A stretch of DNA of 64,000 bases, taken from sequence record DRR378314_916; one strand, given 5' to 3'. The notes under the pieces are model-generated. The model worked only from the letters and a program-made list of their open reading frames with translations, was not told the DNA's origin and made no database searches. Shown here piece by piece: positions 21,101 through 29,538 of the stretch (position 1 is its first letter; each line of letters begins with the position of its first letter). A program made the position numbers and the translations under genes.

Positions 21101-21319
21101 GCCGAACTCCTCCAGGAAGCTTTCCATCATGCCTTTGTCACGGCCGCGGGCGCGCGCTGTCTCAACCAGTTCGAGCGCCCGACGCATCGTCGCCTGTCGC
21201 AAATCGTCTGAGAGTGGCGCCTGTTTGAGCAGGTCCTCCAGCAGGGCCTCCTCGTCAGCAAACTTGATACGGTCGAGGGAGTGCCAGTCGATTTTGTCCA
21301 GCGCGAGCGTGTCAGCCAT
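18185..21319 (-). CDS. putA: bifunctional proline dehydrogenase / glutamate-5-semialdehyde dehydrogenase
   Basis: 1044 aa; SFDMLGEGA, RLVKGAYWDSE, RRLLENGANTSF, ISPWNFPLAIF, SAGQRCSALR. Confidence 0.97.
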   Translation of the reverse strand: MADTLALDKIDWHSLDRIKFADEEALLEDLLKQAPLSDDLRQATMRRALELVETARARGRDKGMMESFLEEFGLSNAEGLALMCLAEALLRVPDAETRDELIAEKIRSGDWSAHQGQSESWLVNASTWGLMLTGQVIGVPASLKKGPAKFIQGLIRESGEPVIRAAMMQAMRIMGEQFVLGRTVKDAQKRGRRMVKAGDAAHFSFDMLGEGARTEDDAIRYLKAYQNAIDGVAADKDPSTPPEQANGVSVKMSALHPRYEAVNRAQIMDEMYPSVLELCERAAKANINLCLDAEEADRLVISLQILDRLAREPSLKDWNGLGLAVQAYQKRAGDVIERVKDLAAQTGHRFMVRLVKGAYWDSEIKHAHIEGYANFPVFTTKAGTDFHFLACARKMLEAKDAIYPQFATHNAHSVAAIEMLSEEIGNSAFEFQRLHGMGEALYGAAGLGRRVRVYAPVGAHKDLLPYLVRRLLENGANTSFVHSFLDPDVPPEQVVADPIVKVEVGPRRHPRIPTPPRLYGAERRNSSGLDLSQRSVRDDMAAAIKSFRDSPAIAAGPIVSGKAVTGGGDMVRVPFDTETVLGSCREAQEDDIDKALDAAVKFQPAWDALGGAERAKHLRAMGDILEENAERLIALMAREAGKTLADGIAEVREAIDFCRYYAMQAEAEFTTAQKLPGPTGETNHISLHGRGVFCCISPWNFPLAIFTGQIAAALAAGNSVVAKPAEQTPLIAFEAVKLFQKAGLPVEALHLLPGGGESVGAKLISDLRVSGVCFTGGTTTARIINMTLADREGPIIPLIAETGGLNGMFVDTTALREQVIDDVIQSAFGSAGQRCSALRIVFLPDDTADELIKGLIGAMNELIVDDPGLPRTDLGPVIDAESRASLQAYVQTMKEEATVLHQIPAGKIGETGYGFGPALIELKSIDQISEEKFGPILHVLRYDPDDIAEVGAALKGKGYGLTLGVHSRLESFQREVREACPVGNTYVNRTMTGAVVGVQPFGGEGLSGTGPKAGGPHYLHRFATERTLTVNITAQGGDAELLSL

Positions 21320-21545
21320 AAAGAATCCGGTTCAGTTCGTGTGAGCCTTGGGGCGAGAGATCAATTTTCAGCCTGAATCGACACAAACCGGGCAAGTTCT
21401 GCCCTGATCTGAGCCTACTCAGAAATTTGTATATCTTTTCAAATGTCCCAATGCGAGAGAAGTTCAACGCAGAGGCGCCTCTTTACGCAGTCGGCCAACG
21501 CGGTCACATTGGCGCCCGACTGCTGGGGCTGTTGAAGGAGCGCTC

Positions 21546-22652
21546 ATGCGCATCATGCTCGTAACCGACGCCTGGGATCCGCAGGTTAATGGTGTCGTGC
21601 GCACCATGAAGCGCGTGATCCAGGAAACCGAGGCGATGGGCCATGTCTGGGAGATCGTGCATCCCGGCCAGGGGTTTCGGACGATGCCATTGCCCACCTA
21701 TCCGGAGATCAAGCTGGCCCTGTTCGCCCGCCGCCGGATTGAGGATCGGTTCCACGAGTTTGAACCAGACGCGATACATATCGCGACAGAAGGCACACTC
21801 GGTATGGCAGGGCGGGCCATGTGCCTGACCGTGAAACACCCCTTCTCGACCGCCTACCACACACGCTTTCCTGAGTATGTCTCAGCGCGTCTGCCGATTC
21901 CGACGCGGGCTGGCTATTCCTTTGTACGCTGGTTCCACAAGTATTCGGGCAAGGTCATGGTGCCGACGCCGTCCATGGTGAAAGAGTTGGAAGCGCAACG
22001 ATTCATAAATCTCGTCGCCTGGAGCCGCGGCGTCGATACCGAGATGTTCAACCCGTCTCGCCGTATCGAGGAAGGCCAGCCAGGCGATCCTTTTGAAGGG
22101 CTGCAACGTCCGATCTTCCTGAATGTCGGCCGCGTGGCGGTAGAGAAGAATATCGAAGCGTTTGCCGAACTGGATTTGCCCGGCACAAAAGTCATTATCG
22201 GAGACGGCCCGCAACGCGAAGAGCTTCAGAAACGCTACAAGGACGTTGTTTTCCTGGGGGCGAAATTCAACGAGGAACTCGCCGCATGCTATGCAAGCGC
22301 AGACGTGTTCGTTTTCCCAAGCCTGACAGACACGTTCGGTCTGGTAGTGTTGGAGGCCATGGCATCGGGCACACCCGTCGCAGCCTATGACGCGACCGGC
22401 CCTCGCGATGTGATCCCCGGCTCAAATGCTGGAACGATTACCGCCGTTGGGGGAAATCTCTCCGAGGGCGCTGTGGCGTGCCTGGCGCTTAGCCGCGAGA
22501 CCTGCCGCACCTATGCCGAGACATATAGTTGGCGAGCCTGCGCAGAAGCCTTCATCGAAAACCTGCAGCCACTGCCCGCGCCAGCCCGCAAACGATTCTG
22601 GCAGAAATTGCGGCTGCGACGGAAGAAGAAGCCGGTCCTGCCGACGATCTAA
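21546..22652 (+). CDS. GT4 glycosyltransferase, resembling Agt-type glycolipid synthase
   Basis: MRIMLVTDAWDPQVNGVVRT, VGRVAVEKNIEAF, FPSLTDTFGLVVLEAMASG. Confidence 0.88.
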   Translation: MRIMLVTDAWDPQVNGVVRTMKRVIQETEAMGHVWEIVHPGQGFRTMPLPTYPEIKLALFARRRIEDRFHEFEPDAIHIATEGTLGMAGRAMCLTVKHPFSTAYHTRFPEYVSARLPIPTRAGYSFVRWFHKYSGKVMVPTPSMVKELEAQRFINLVAWSRGVDTEMFNPSRRIEEGQPGDPFEGLQRPIFLNVGRVAVEKNIEAFAELDLPGTKVIIGDGPQREELQKRYKDVVFLGAKFNEELAACYASADVFVFPSLTDTFGLVVLEAMASGTPVAAYDATGPRDVIPGSNAGTITAVGGNLSEGAVACLALSRETCRTYAETYSWRACAEAFIENLQPLPAPARKRFWQKLRLRRKKKPVLPTI

Positions 22653-22658
22653 AAGGGA

Positions 22659-23765
22659 CTAACGTGTCTCGCGCTTGCTTTTGCGAGCCAGTTGTTCGGC
22701 AATCTCCTGTTGCGCGATACGTACATCGTCCGGGAGCGGAATCAGGCCTTTCTCCAGCAGATACCCATCTGGGCCCATGGCCTGATCTGACACAAACTCA
22801 CGCACGAATTCCGCCAGGCCGGGAACTAGCGGCAAATTCTGGTCCTTCACGTAAATATACATGCTGCGCGACAAGCCATACTCGCCCGAGGCAATCGCTT
22901 CGAACGAAGCCTCCACGCCATCCAGCCGGGCCGCCTGAACGCGGTCGCCATTCTGTTCCAGGAATGAATAGCCCAGCACGCCTACGGCCGTTGGCGTCTT
23001 GATGAGAGACTGGATGATCGCCGTATCGTTTTCGCCAAGATCAATCCACGCGCCATCGGTGCGGATCGTATGGCTGCGCAGCTTGAAGGCAGCAGGATCT
23101 GACTGCTTCAGCGCGACAAGATCAGGAAAGGCCAACGCCCCCTGCTCCATGCCCAGTTCAACGAAGGCATCCCGAGTGCCTGACGTTGGCGGCGGTCCCA
23201 GCACCATGATCGGTTCATTTGGCAGGTCGGGATTGATCGCAGCCCATTTCTCATAGGGGTTTGCCTGAAAACCACCCTGCCCATCCGGCACCTCCGCCGC
23301 CAGCGCCAGGAAGACGTCTTTCTTGGAAAGCTCCAGCGGGGGCGCAGACCGCGCATTCGCCAGCACAATGCCATCAAATCCGACGGACAAAGCCGTCACA
23401 TCCGTGATCCCGTTACTCGCACACAGCGCCTGCTCACTCTCCGTGATCGAGCGGGAGGCATCCGAAATGGATGGCCGGTCCGGCCCTATCTTCTGGCAGA
23501 ATGTCTTGAAGCCGCCCCCTGTCCCCGTTGTTTCGACAATAGGCGTTGGGAACCGGGTCGTGGCGCCAAAGCGTTCGGCAACAGTCGTCGCAAACGGCGC
23601 AACAGTGGACGACCCCACAATACGGATCTTGTGCGTCCCGTCCGCAGCAATCGGCGGCGGCGGGATAACGTCTCCGGTCTCAAGCTCGGAGAGATCGGTT
23701 CGCCCACAGCCCGCCACAACGACCAGCAAAAGCGCGACAAGACAGTGGCCGTATCTGGCAATCAT
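22659..23765 (-). CDS. pstS: phosphate ABC transporter substrate-binding protein
   Basis: lipobox VAGC; VGSSTVAPF, ETTGTGGG, GPPPTSGTRDAF motifs. Confidence 0.88.
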   Translation of the reverse strand: MIARYGHCLVALLLVVVAGCGRTDLSELETGDVIPPPPIAADGTHKIRIVGSSTVAPFATTVAERFGATTRFPTPIVETTGTGGGFKTFCQKIGPDRPSISDASRSITESEQALCASNGITDVTALSVGFDGIVLANARSAPPLELSKKDVFLALAAEVPDGQGGFQANPYEKWAAINPDLPNEPIMVLGPPPTSGTRDAFVELGMEQGALAFPDLVALKQSDPAAFKLRSHTIRTDGAWIDLGENDTAIIQSLIKTPTAVGVLGYSFLEQNGDRVQAARLDGVEASFEAIASGEYGLSRSMYIYVKDQNLPLVPGLAEFVREFVSDQAMGPDGYLLEKGLIPLPDDVRIAQQEIAEQLARKSKRETR

Positions 23766-23900
23766 TCGGGAACAAACTCCGGTAGCAAAAGCAGGACCCC
23801 ACAACGCGTAGGAGGGGCTGTACTGGCCTTAAATCAAGGCCCTAATTCGTTCAATGGCATGTGTCGGTGACAGAAATTTCAGCCGACACAAAATTTTTTC

Positions 23901-23929
23901 TTGCGTCCCGAAAAAGAGTCCCCTACATG
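23901..23929 (+). promoter_or_regulatory. putative sigma70 promoter of ornithine decarboxylase
   Basis: TTGCGT-N17-TACATG with upstream A/T tract. Confidence 0.5.
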
Positions 23930-23943
23930 CCCGTTTCGAAATC

Positions 23944-24029
23944 GATGTGGCGGACATCTGGGCCAACCCTTAAACTGGGGGCCCCCTGTACTAACGCCCA
24001 AAGCTGGTTAAAAGCCCTTTGGAGGTTAG
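23944..24029 (+). promoter_or_regulatory. structured 5' leader, candidate cis-regulatory RNA of ornithine decarboxylase
   Basis: three consecutive hairpins; the last covers the GGAGG Shine-Dalgarno. Confidence 0.5.
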
Positions 24030-24034
24030 GTGTC

Positions 24035-25228
24035 ATGCACTCCTATGCTACTCCCTATAATATTGTTGCCGATGAGCAGCCTGACCTGCCTGTGTGGTGC
24101 TTCCGCCCAGAGCGTGTAACGGCTGCTGCGAAATGGTTCCGGGAGAAATTCCCGGGCGAGCCGTTCTATGCGGTGAAAGCCAATCCGGGCGAGCATGTGC
24201 TCGAAGCCCTTTGGGAAGCTGGTGTACGCAGTTTCGACACGGCCTCGCTGCCGGAGATCGAACTGATCCACCGCAAATTCCCGGGCGCCCGCATGGCATT
24301 CCTTCACCCGGTGAAGAACCGCCGCGCCATTCAGCGCGCCTATCATGAATTCGGCGTACGCATCTTCGTCACCGACACGATGCAGGAACTCTACAAGATT
24401 CTTGAGGAAACTGGCTACGCCAAAGACCTCACGATCATTGTACGGATTGCTGTATCCTGCGATGGCGCAGCCCTGCCGCTGGCCGGAAAATTCGGCGCAA
24501 GCGCCGAAGATGCGACAGAGATCCTGCGCGAAGCCCGCCGCTATGCGGACGAGTTGGGCGTGTCCTTCCATGTCGGCAGCCAGGCCATGAAACCCACCGC
24601 CTGGTGGACCGCCATGGCGGACGTCTCCCGCATCATCATCGCGGCATCCGTCACGGTTGACATCGTGGATGTTGGCGGCGGCTTCCCATCGATCTATGCG
24701 GACAATCCGCCCCCGTCGCTGGAAGACTATGCCGCCATGGTGGAGCAGGCCTTCGAGAACATGTACGTTCTTGAAAACGCTGAATTGTGGTGTGAGCCCG
24801 GCCGTGCGTTGGTCGCAGAATCCGAAAGCCTGCTGACCCGTATCGAGCAGGTTCGTGACGACGCGATCTACATCAATGATGGCTCCTATGGTGCCCTCTA
24901 CGATGCTGTGCACGAACGTTGGTCATTCCCGATGCGGGCCCTGCCCGGTGACGGACGCAATCTTGGCCGCCTGGTGGAGTACACCGTTTACGGACCGACA
25001 TGCGATTCGACTGACAAGTTCCCGGCAAAGGTCTGGCTGCCCGCCGGCCTCGTGGAAGGTGACTATGTCGAATTCGGAAACCTCGGCGCTTATGGCCGCG
25101 CCATGTCCAGCCGCTTCAATGGCTTCGGCGCAACCGAAGTTGCCCGCGTCCATGATGCTCCTTGGCCGAGCCTCTACAATGCGGTTGGCGCAGAAGTGAT
25201 CTCGATCGGCGCGTCCGGCACACGCTGA
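24035..25228 (+). CDS. ornithine decarboxylase (fold type III PLP enzyme)
   Basis: PFYAVKANP, SFHVGSQ, DVGGGFP, EPGR, GPTCDS; GGAGG RBS before ATG 24035. Confidence 0.92.
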   Translation: MHSYATPYNIVADEQPDLPVWCFRPERVTAAAKWFREKFPGEPFYAVKANPGEHVLEALWEAGVRSFDTASLPEIELIHRKFPGARMAFLHPVKNRRAIQRAYHEFGVRIFVTDTMQELYKILEETGYAKDLTIIVRIAVSCDGAALPLAGKFGASAEDATEILREARRYADELGVSFHVGSQAMKPTAWWTAMADVSRIIIAASVTVDIVDVGGGFPSIYADNPPPSLEDYAAMVEQAFENMYVLENAELWCEPGRALVAESESLLTRIEQVRDDAIYINDGSYGALYDAVHERWSFPMRALPGDGRNLGRLVEYTVYGPTCDSTDKFPAKVWLPAGLVEGDYVEFGNLGAYGRAMSSRFNGFGATEVARVHDAPWPSLYNAVGAEVISIGASGTR

Positions 25229-26046
25229 ACGTTTGGAAACCCGTATCGCCTGAGGACAAGCGCCAGATCCGGCACGTCTTCAGGCGAAGACGTCAGCCAG
25301 GCTTGTCCACCAATCCCGCGCGCTTCGGTCTCCGGAGGCAGAACACGGATCGTCTGCCGGGCAATTGCCGCGCCTGAATCAATGTAGCTGACGGGTCGCG
25401 GCGCGCTCGCCACAAGTTGTGCACGGACAAGCGGGAAATGCGTGCAAGCCAGCACGACCGTATCAATCCGGTCTCCGCCCTCTGCGTCAAACAGGGGCGC
25501 CTGCGCGGTTGCGAAGGCATCAATCGGCAGATCTTCGCCCCGCGCATGTGCCTCAGCCAGCTTTACCAGTTCGATGCTGCCATGCATCACAACGTCAACA
25601 TCCTGGGCGAACTGAGAGATCAGCTCCGCCGTATAGGCTCGCCGCACCGTGCCGGGCGTTGCAAGCAAGCCGATGGTGCGGGACTGGGTCAATTGCGCCG
25701 CTGGCTTGATGGCCGGCACCGTTCCGACAACCGGAATATCCAGCACCGCCCGCACGTCAGCCAATGCGAGCGTTGAGGCTGTATTGCAGGCAATGACGAA
25801 AACGTCTGGCTGGACCTGGTCGCACAATGCCTTGGCAACCTTCGGCAAACGCTCACGCAGGGCATCGTCCGACTTGTCGCCATAGGGGAAAAAGGCGGAG
25901 TCTGCCGAGTAATGGATGCCCAATGCTGGCCCAAGCGCCCGGATTTCCTCGACAACGGTCAATCCCCCCATGCCGGAATCGAACACCAACACCCGCCCAC
26001 GCGCGGGAGACGGAACGAAATTCGGGGGGAGAGCATCAATGGCCAT
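25174..26046 (-). CDS. murI: glutamate racemase
   Basis: FDSGMGGLTV, IACNTAST, VLACTHFP. Confidence 0.95.
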   Translation of the reverse strand: MAIDALPPNFVPSPARGRVLVFDSGMGGLTVVEEIRALGPALGIHYSADSAFFPYGDKSDDALRERLPKVAKALCDQVQPDVFVIACNTASTLALADVRAVLDIPVVGTVPAIKPAAQLTQSRTIGLLATPGTVRRAYTAELISQFAQDVDVVMHGSIELVKLAEAHARGEDLPIDAFATAQAPLFDAEGGDRIDTVVLACTHFPLVRAQLVASAPRPVSYIDSGAAIARQTIRVLPPETEARGIGGQAWLTSSPEDVPDLALVLRRYGFPNVQRVPDAPIEITSAPTAL

Positions 26047-26101
26047 TAGGTATTCGGTGTTGGCATGTTGGTGTGGCGGAATCGGGGCGTTCCAGCCGCT
26101 C

Positions 26102-26117
26102 TGGCACGAGTCTTGTT
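26102..26117 (+). promoter_or_regulatory. possible sigma54 promoter
   Basis: TGGCACGAGTCTTGTT: canonical -24, imperfect -12 (TTGT). Confidence 0.35.
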
Positions 26118-26169
26118 GTGCAGCGCAGCATGAAAGGGTATGTCTGGTTCAGGACCATAAGGAAACATC

Positions 26170-26475
26170 ATGCTTGATTTTTGGCTAACTCCCTGGCGCG
26201 CCGGGCTATCCATGACGGCCGCAACGCTGGAAACCATGATAGCTGCGCAGAAAAGCGCGTCCATTCTGGCCCCAAAAGGCGTGGCCACGCCCATGACCGA
26301 GGACACTCTACGGGATGCCTTCCAGATCGCTGCGGATGTGAATTTGCGCCGCTGGGAGGATACGGCTGGCGCACTGCAACGCCTGCCGAACTGGATGCAT
26401 GAACTGCACGCCATGCCGGGCAATATGGTGACAGACTGGTTCGACGCCGCACGCCGGGGCACGGGCAAACCCTAG
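26170..26475 (+). CDS. small hypothetical protein
   Basis: 101 aa, AAGGA RBS, fills the gap between murI and the kinase. Confidence 0.65.
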   Translation: MLDFWLTPWRAGLSMTAATLETMIAAQKSASILAPKGVATPMTEDTLRDAFQIAADVNLRRWEDTAGALQRLPNWMHELHAMPGNMVTDWFDAARRGTGKP

Positions 26476-27857
26476 TCTGACGGCTCGTCTTCTCGCGCCG
26501 CCGGAAGCCAGACTCCGAAGGCAGACCCCTCCCCGATCCGGGTCTCAACTGAAAACCCGCCGCGATGGTGCGCCATGATGTGTTTCACGATGGCGAGACC
26601 GAGCCCCGTGCCGGTGATCTTGCCGCCGCGACTCTGATCTGCGCGATAGAAGCGCTCGCCAAGGCGCGGCAGGTGTTCGCGCTCGATGCCGGGCCCCTGA
26701 TCCTCGACCCGCATCCAGATCGCCCGCTCTTGCGTGCCCGGCCGACCCGCCGCAGGGAGCAGCGTCATGCGTTCGCTGCTGGCCCAGCTCTGAGCCGCCT
26801 TGATCCGCGCGTCCGCCATGCCCGGCGCCATGCCGAAGCTGAGCGTGACCTGCCCGCCCGCCTTCGAATACTTCAACGCGTTCGAAACGAGGTTTTCCAC
26901 CACTTGGATCATCTCATCCCGGTGGGCGATCACGGGCAGCGGCCCCTCATCGGATTTGACGACCAGATTGACCCCCTTCTCCGCCGCAATGGCGCTGAAG
27001 GCATGCGTTGCATCCGACACGATATGTCGAAACTCTTCCCGCTCGCGCGGAGACACATGTTCAGAGGACTCAATACGCGACAAGGACAACAAATCGGCGA
27101 TCAAACGCGACATGCGTTCCGTTTCACCCGCCATGATAGCCAGGAATCGATCCCAGGAATCCTTGTCGTCCTTGGCGGGCCCACGCATCGTTTCGATGAA
27201 GCCCGACAGAGCCGTCAACGGTGTGCGCAATTCGTGGCTGGCATTGGCAAGGAAGTCAGATCGCGCCCGCGCGGCGCGGCGAACAGGTGTCAGATCCTCA
27301 AGCACCACAAGCGTCCGCTTGGCCCGGCCCGGACGTGAAACATGCGCGCGCCAGGTTTCATCCGGCCCACTTTCAACCTCGACCGTCATGGGTTCGACCG
27401 TACCGGTTTCGATGGCGTTCTCAATGGCAGAGAGAAGGCCCGGCGAACGGATCACAGTGCTGGCACGGGGATTTACCCGTCCATCCAGCCGCAAAATGAA
27501 CTCGGCTTCCTCATTCATGGTGACGATGCGTTGATCGTCATCCACCTCGAATGCCGGCAGGGGCAAGGCATCCAGCAAAATGGCTGATTCCGGCGTTTTC
27601 GGCGTTGTGGACAGTGGCTCAACCGCCAGTCGTGGGCTGAGCGGAAGTACGCTCGCAGTCCCCACAAAAATGGCGGTGGCAACCGACACGACCACAAGGA
27701 TCGCCGCGATCACCTCAATGAGGCCGACCGCCCCGGTTATCCACATCAGCAACAGGATGAAGGAGAAGCACCCAACCAGAGTGACAAAATCCCGTGCCCG
27801 ACGCGAAAGAGCCGTACGGGTGGACCGCTTTTCCTCCGCTGACAGGCCGTCGCTCAT
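26472..27857 (-). CDS. phoR: PhoR-like sensor histidine kinase
   Basis: N-terminal TM, PAS-like region, FLANASHELRTPLT, ENLVSNALKY, DQGPGI, RLGERFYR, GTGLGLAIVKH. Confidence 0.8.
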   Translation of the reverse strand: MSDGLSAEEKRSTRTALSRRARDFVTLVGCFSFILLLMWITGAVGLIEVIAAILVVVSVATAIFVGTASVLPLSPRLAVEPLSTTPKTPESAILLDALPLPAFEVDDDQRIVTMNEEAEFILRLDGRVNPRASTVIRSPGLLSAIENAIETGTVEPMTVEVESGPDETWRAHVSRPGRAKRTLVVLEDLTPVRRAARARSDFLANASHELRTPLTALSGFIETMRGPAKDDKDSWDRFLAIMAGETERMSRLIADLLSLSRIESSEHVSPREREEFRHIVSDATHAFSAIAAEKGVNLVVKSDEGPLPVIAHRDEMIQVVENLVSNALKYSKAGGQVTLSFGMAPGMADARIKAAQSWASSERMTLLPAAGRPGTQERAIWMRVEDQGPGIEREHLPRLGERFYRADQSRGGKITGTGLGLAIVKHIMAHHRGGFSVETRIGEGSAFGVWLPAAREDEPSD

Positions 27858-28007
27858 TCATGCTCCTGTTAACAAACTGCCCAAAGACACGTTGTTCGGA
27901 AGCCGCTAATACGCGCGCAGAGATCTGCCAAGCCCCTCGCCGCGTATCGATAAGAAGTGCGATCATTATACAACTACAGTAGATTATTGAAAAACGATAA
28001 TTTATCA

Positions 28008-28036
28008 TTGACAGTCGACTAGGGCAGGCGTATCCG
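28008..28036 (+). promoter_or_regulatory. putative sigma70 promoter of the RND operon
   Basis: TTGACA-N17-TATCCG preceded by an AT-rich tract. Confidence 0.5.
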
Positions 28037-28066
28037 ACAACCAGAACAGGGAGCGATGCCGACGGC

Positions 28067-29521
28067 ATGACACGATCAATTCTTCTTATCAGCTCGGCAA
28101 TTCTGACGGCTTGCGCATCTTCACAGGCAAATTTGCCCGGAATTGACGGCAATCGTGAGGAAATTTTTGCCGTTGCGCCGGATGCACCGGCGGAATGGGC
28201 GAATACCGGCGTCGTGGGCACAGCGCCAACAGGTGACTGGCTGTCGCAATTCGATGACCCCATCATGGAAAGCCTTGTGCGCGAGGCGCTCGCCAACAGT
28301 CCTACCCTGGAATCCCGCGCCGCTCTTGTACGCGCCGCAGAAGCATCCATCCGTACGGCGCGTTCACAACGCCTTCCCAGCGTCGACGGCACGATCAGCA
28401 CCGGCGTCACCTCGAACGCGTTCGAGATCGGCAACGATCTTGAGCGGTCGACCGACGGTATTTACGGCCTTGGCCTCGACGCCAGCTGGGAAGCCGATCT
28501 GTGGAATCGTCTCGGGCGTGGCATCGCCGCCGCGGAAGCAGACCTTGCCGCGAGCGAAGCCGACCTCGCCGCAGCAGAACTGTCCATCAGCGCGCAAACC
28601 GCTATCGCATGGATCAATCTGAATGCTGCCCTCGCGCAGAAACGCGTCGCCGTTCTGACCTATGAAGCGCGTGACCGCGTTCGCATTCTGACCGAGCGCC
28701 GCTTCCAGCGCGGCCTCGCCGAAGCGCTGGATGTCCGCACCGCGCGCAGCACCGTCGCCGGCGCCGAGGCCGATATCGCCCAGCGTCGCCAGGCGGCGGG
28801 AGAAGCCGCTCGCCGGCTTGAAATCCTGCTGGGTCGCTACCCGGCCACTGAAATCGAGGCCACTGCCGAATTGCCAGCGCTTGATCCGCTGATCGTTGAG
28901 AGCAATCCGATGCGCCTTCTGGCCCGTCGTCCGGACGTCGCCAGCGCCGAAGCCAGCGTCGTCGCCGCCGGCCTGCGGGCTGAACAGGCGCGGCTTGCGC
29001 TGCGCCCCTCCCTTCGCCTGACGGGAACGTTCTCGACCAGCGAATCCGAGTTCGCTGACATGGTAGACCCCGAACGCATCGCCGCGCGCGTAGTCGCCAG
29101 CCTGATCCAGCCTTTGTTCACCGGTGGTCGCCTGGATGCGCAGCGCGACACCGCCATCGCCCAAGCGGAATCCGCCATCGCCAATTACGCAAATGCGGCG
29201 CTGACGGCATGGGGTGAAGTGGAAGATGCCATCGCAGCGGACACGTATATCGCCCAGCAGGAAGATGCCCTGCTTCGCGCGCTGGAAGAAGCGCGTCTGG
29301 CCGAAGAGCTGGCCGAGCGCCAATATACAAGCGGCACGATCACCATCTTCAACCTGATCGATGCCCAAACCCGCAGGCTGACGTCTGAAAGCCAGCTCGT
29401 GGCCGCCCGCGCGTCACGTGCCTCGAACCGGGTTTCCTATCACCTCGCCCTCGGCGGCGGTCTCCCCGTGCAAACCGCCGCAACTCCAACACAAGCCCCT
29501 CAAGATAACGCCGCAGAATAG
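28067..29521 (+). CDS. RND efflux outer membrane factor (TolC/NodT family lipoprotein)
   Basis: lipobox LTAC; ASWEADLW, LLARRPDV, LALGGG. Confidence 0.92.
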   Translation: MTRSILLISSAILTACASSQANLPGIDGNREEIFAVAPDAPAEWANTGVVGTAPTGDWLSQFDDPIMESLVREALANSPTLESRAALVRAAEASIRTARSQRLPSVDGTISTGVTSNAFEIGNDLERSTDGIYGLGLDASWEADLWNRLGRGIAAAEADLAASEADLAAAELSISAQTAIAWINLNAALAQKRVAVLTYEARDRVRILTERRFQRGLAEALDVRTARSTVAGAEADIAQRRQAAGEAARRLEILLGRYPATEIEATAELPALDPLIVESNPMRLLARRPDVASAEASVVAAGLRAEQARLALRPSLRLTGTFSTSESEFADMVDPERIAARVVASLIQPLFTGGRLDAQRDTAIAQAESAIANYANAALTAWGEVEDAIAADTYIAQQEDALLRALEEARLAEELAERQYTSGTITIFNLIDAQTRRLTSESQLVAARASRASNRVSYHLALGGGLPVQTAATPTQAPQDNAAE

Positions 29522-29538
29522 CGGCAGGAGAATAAACT

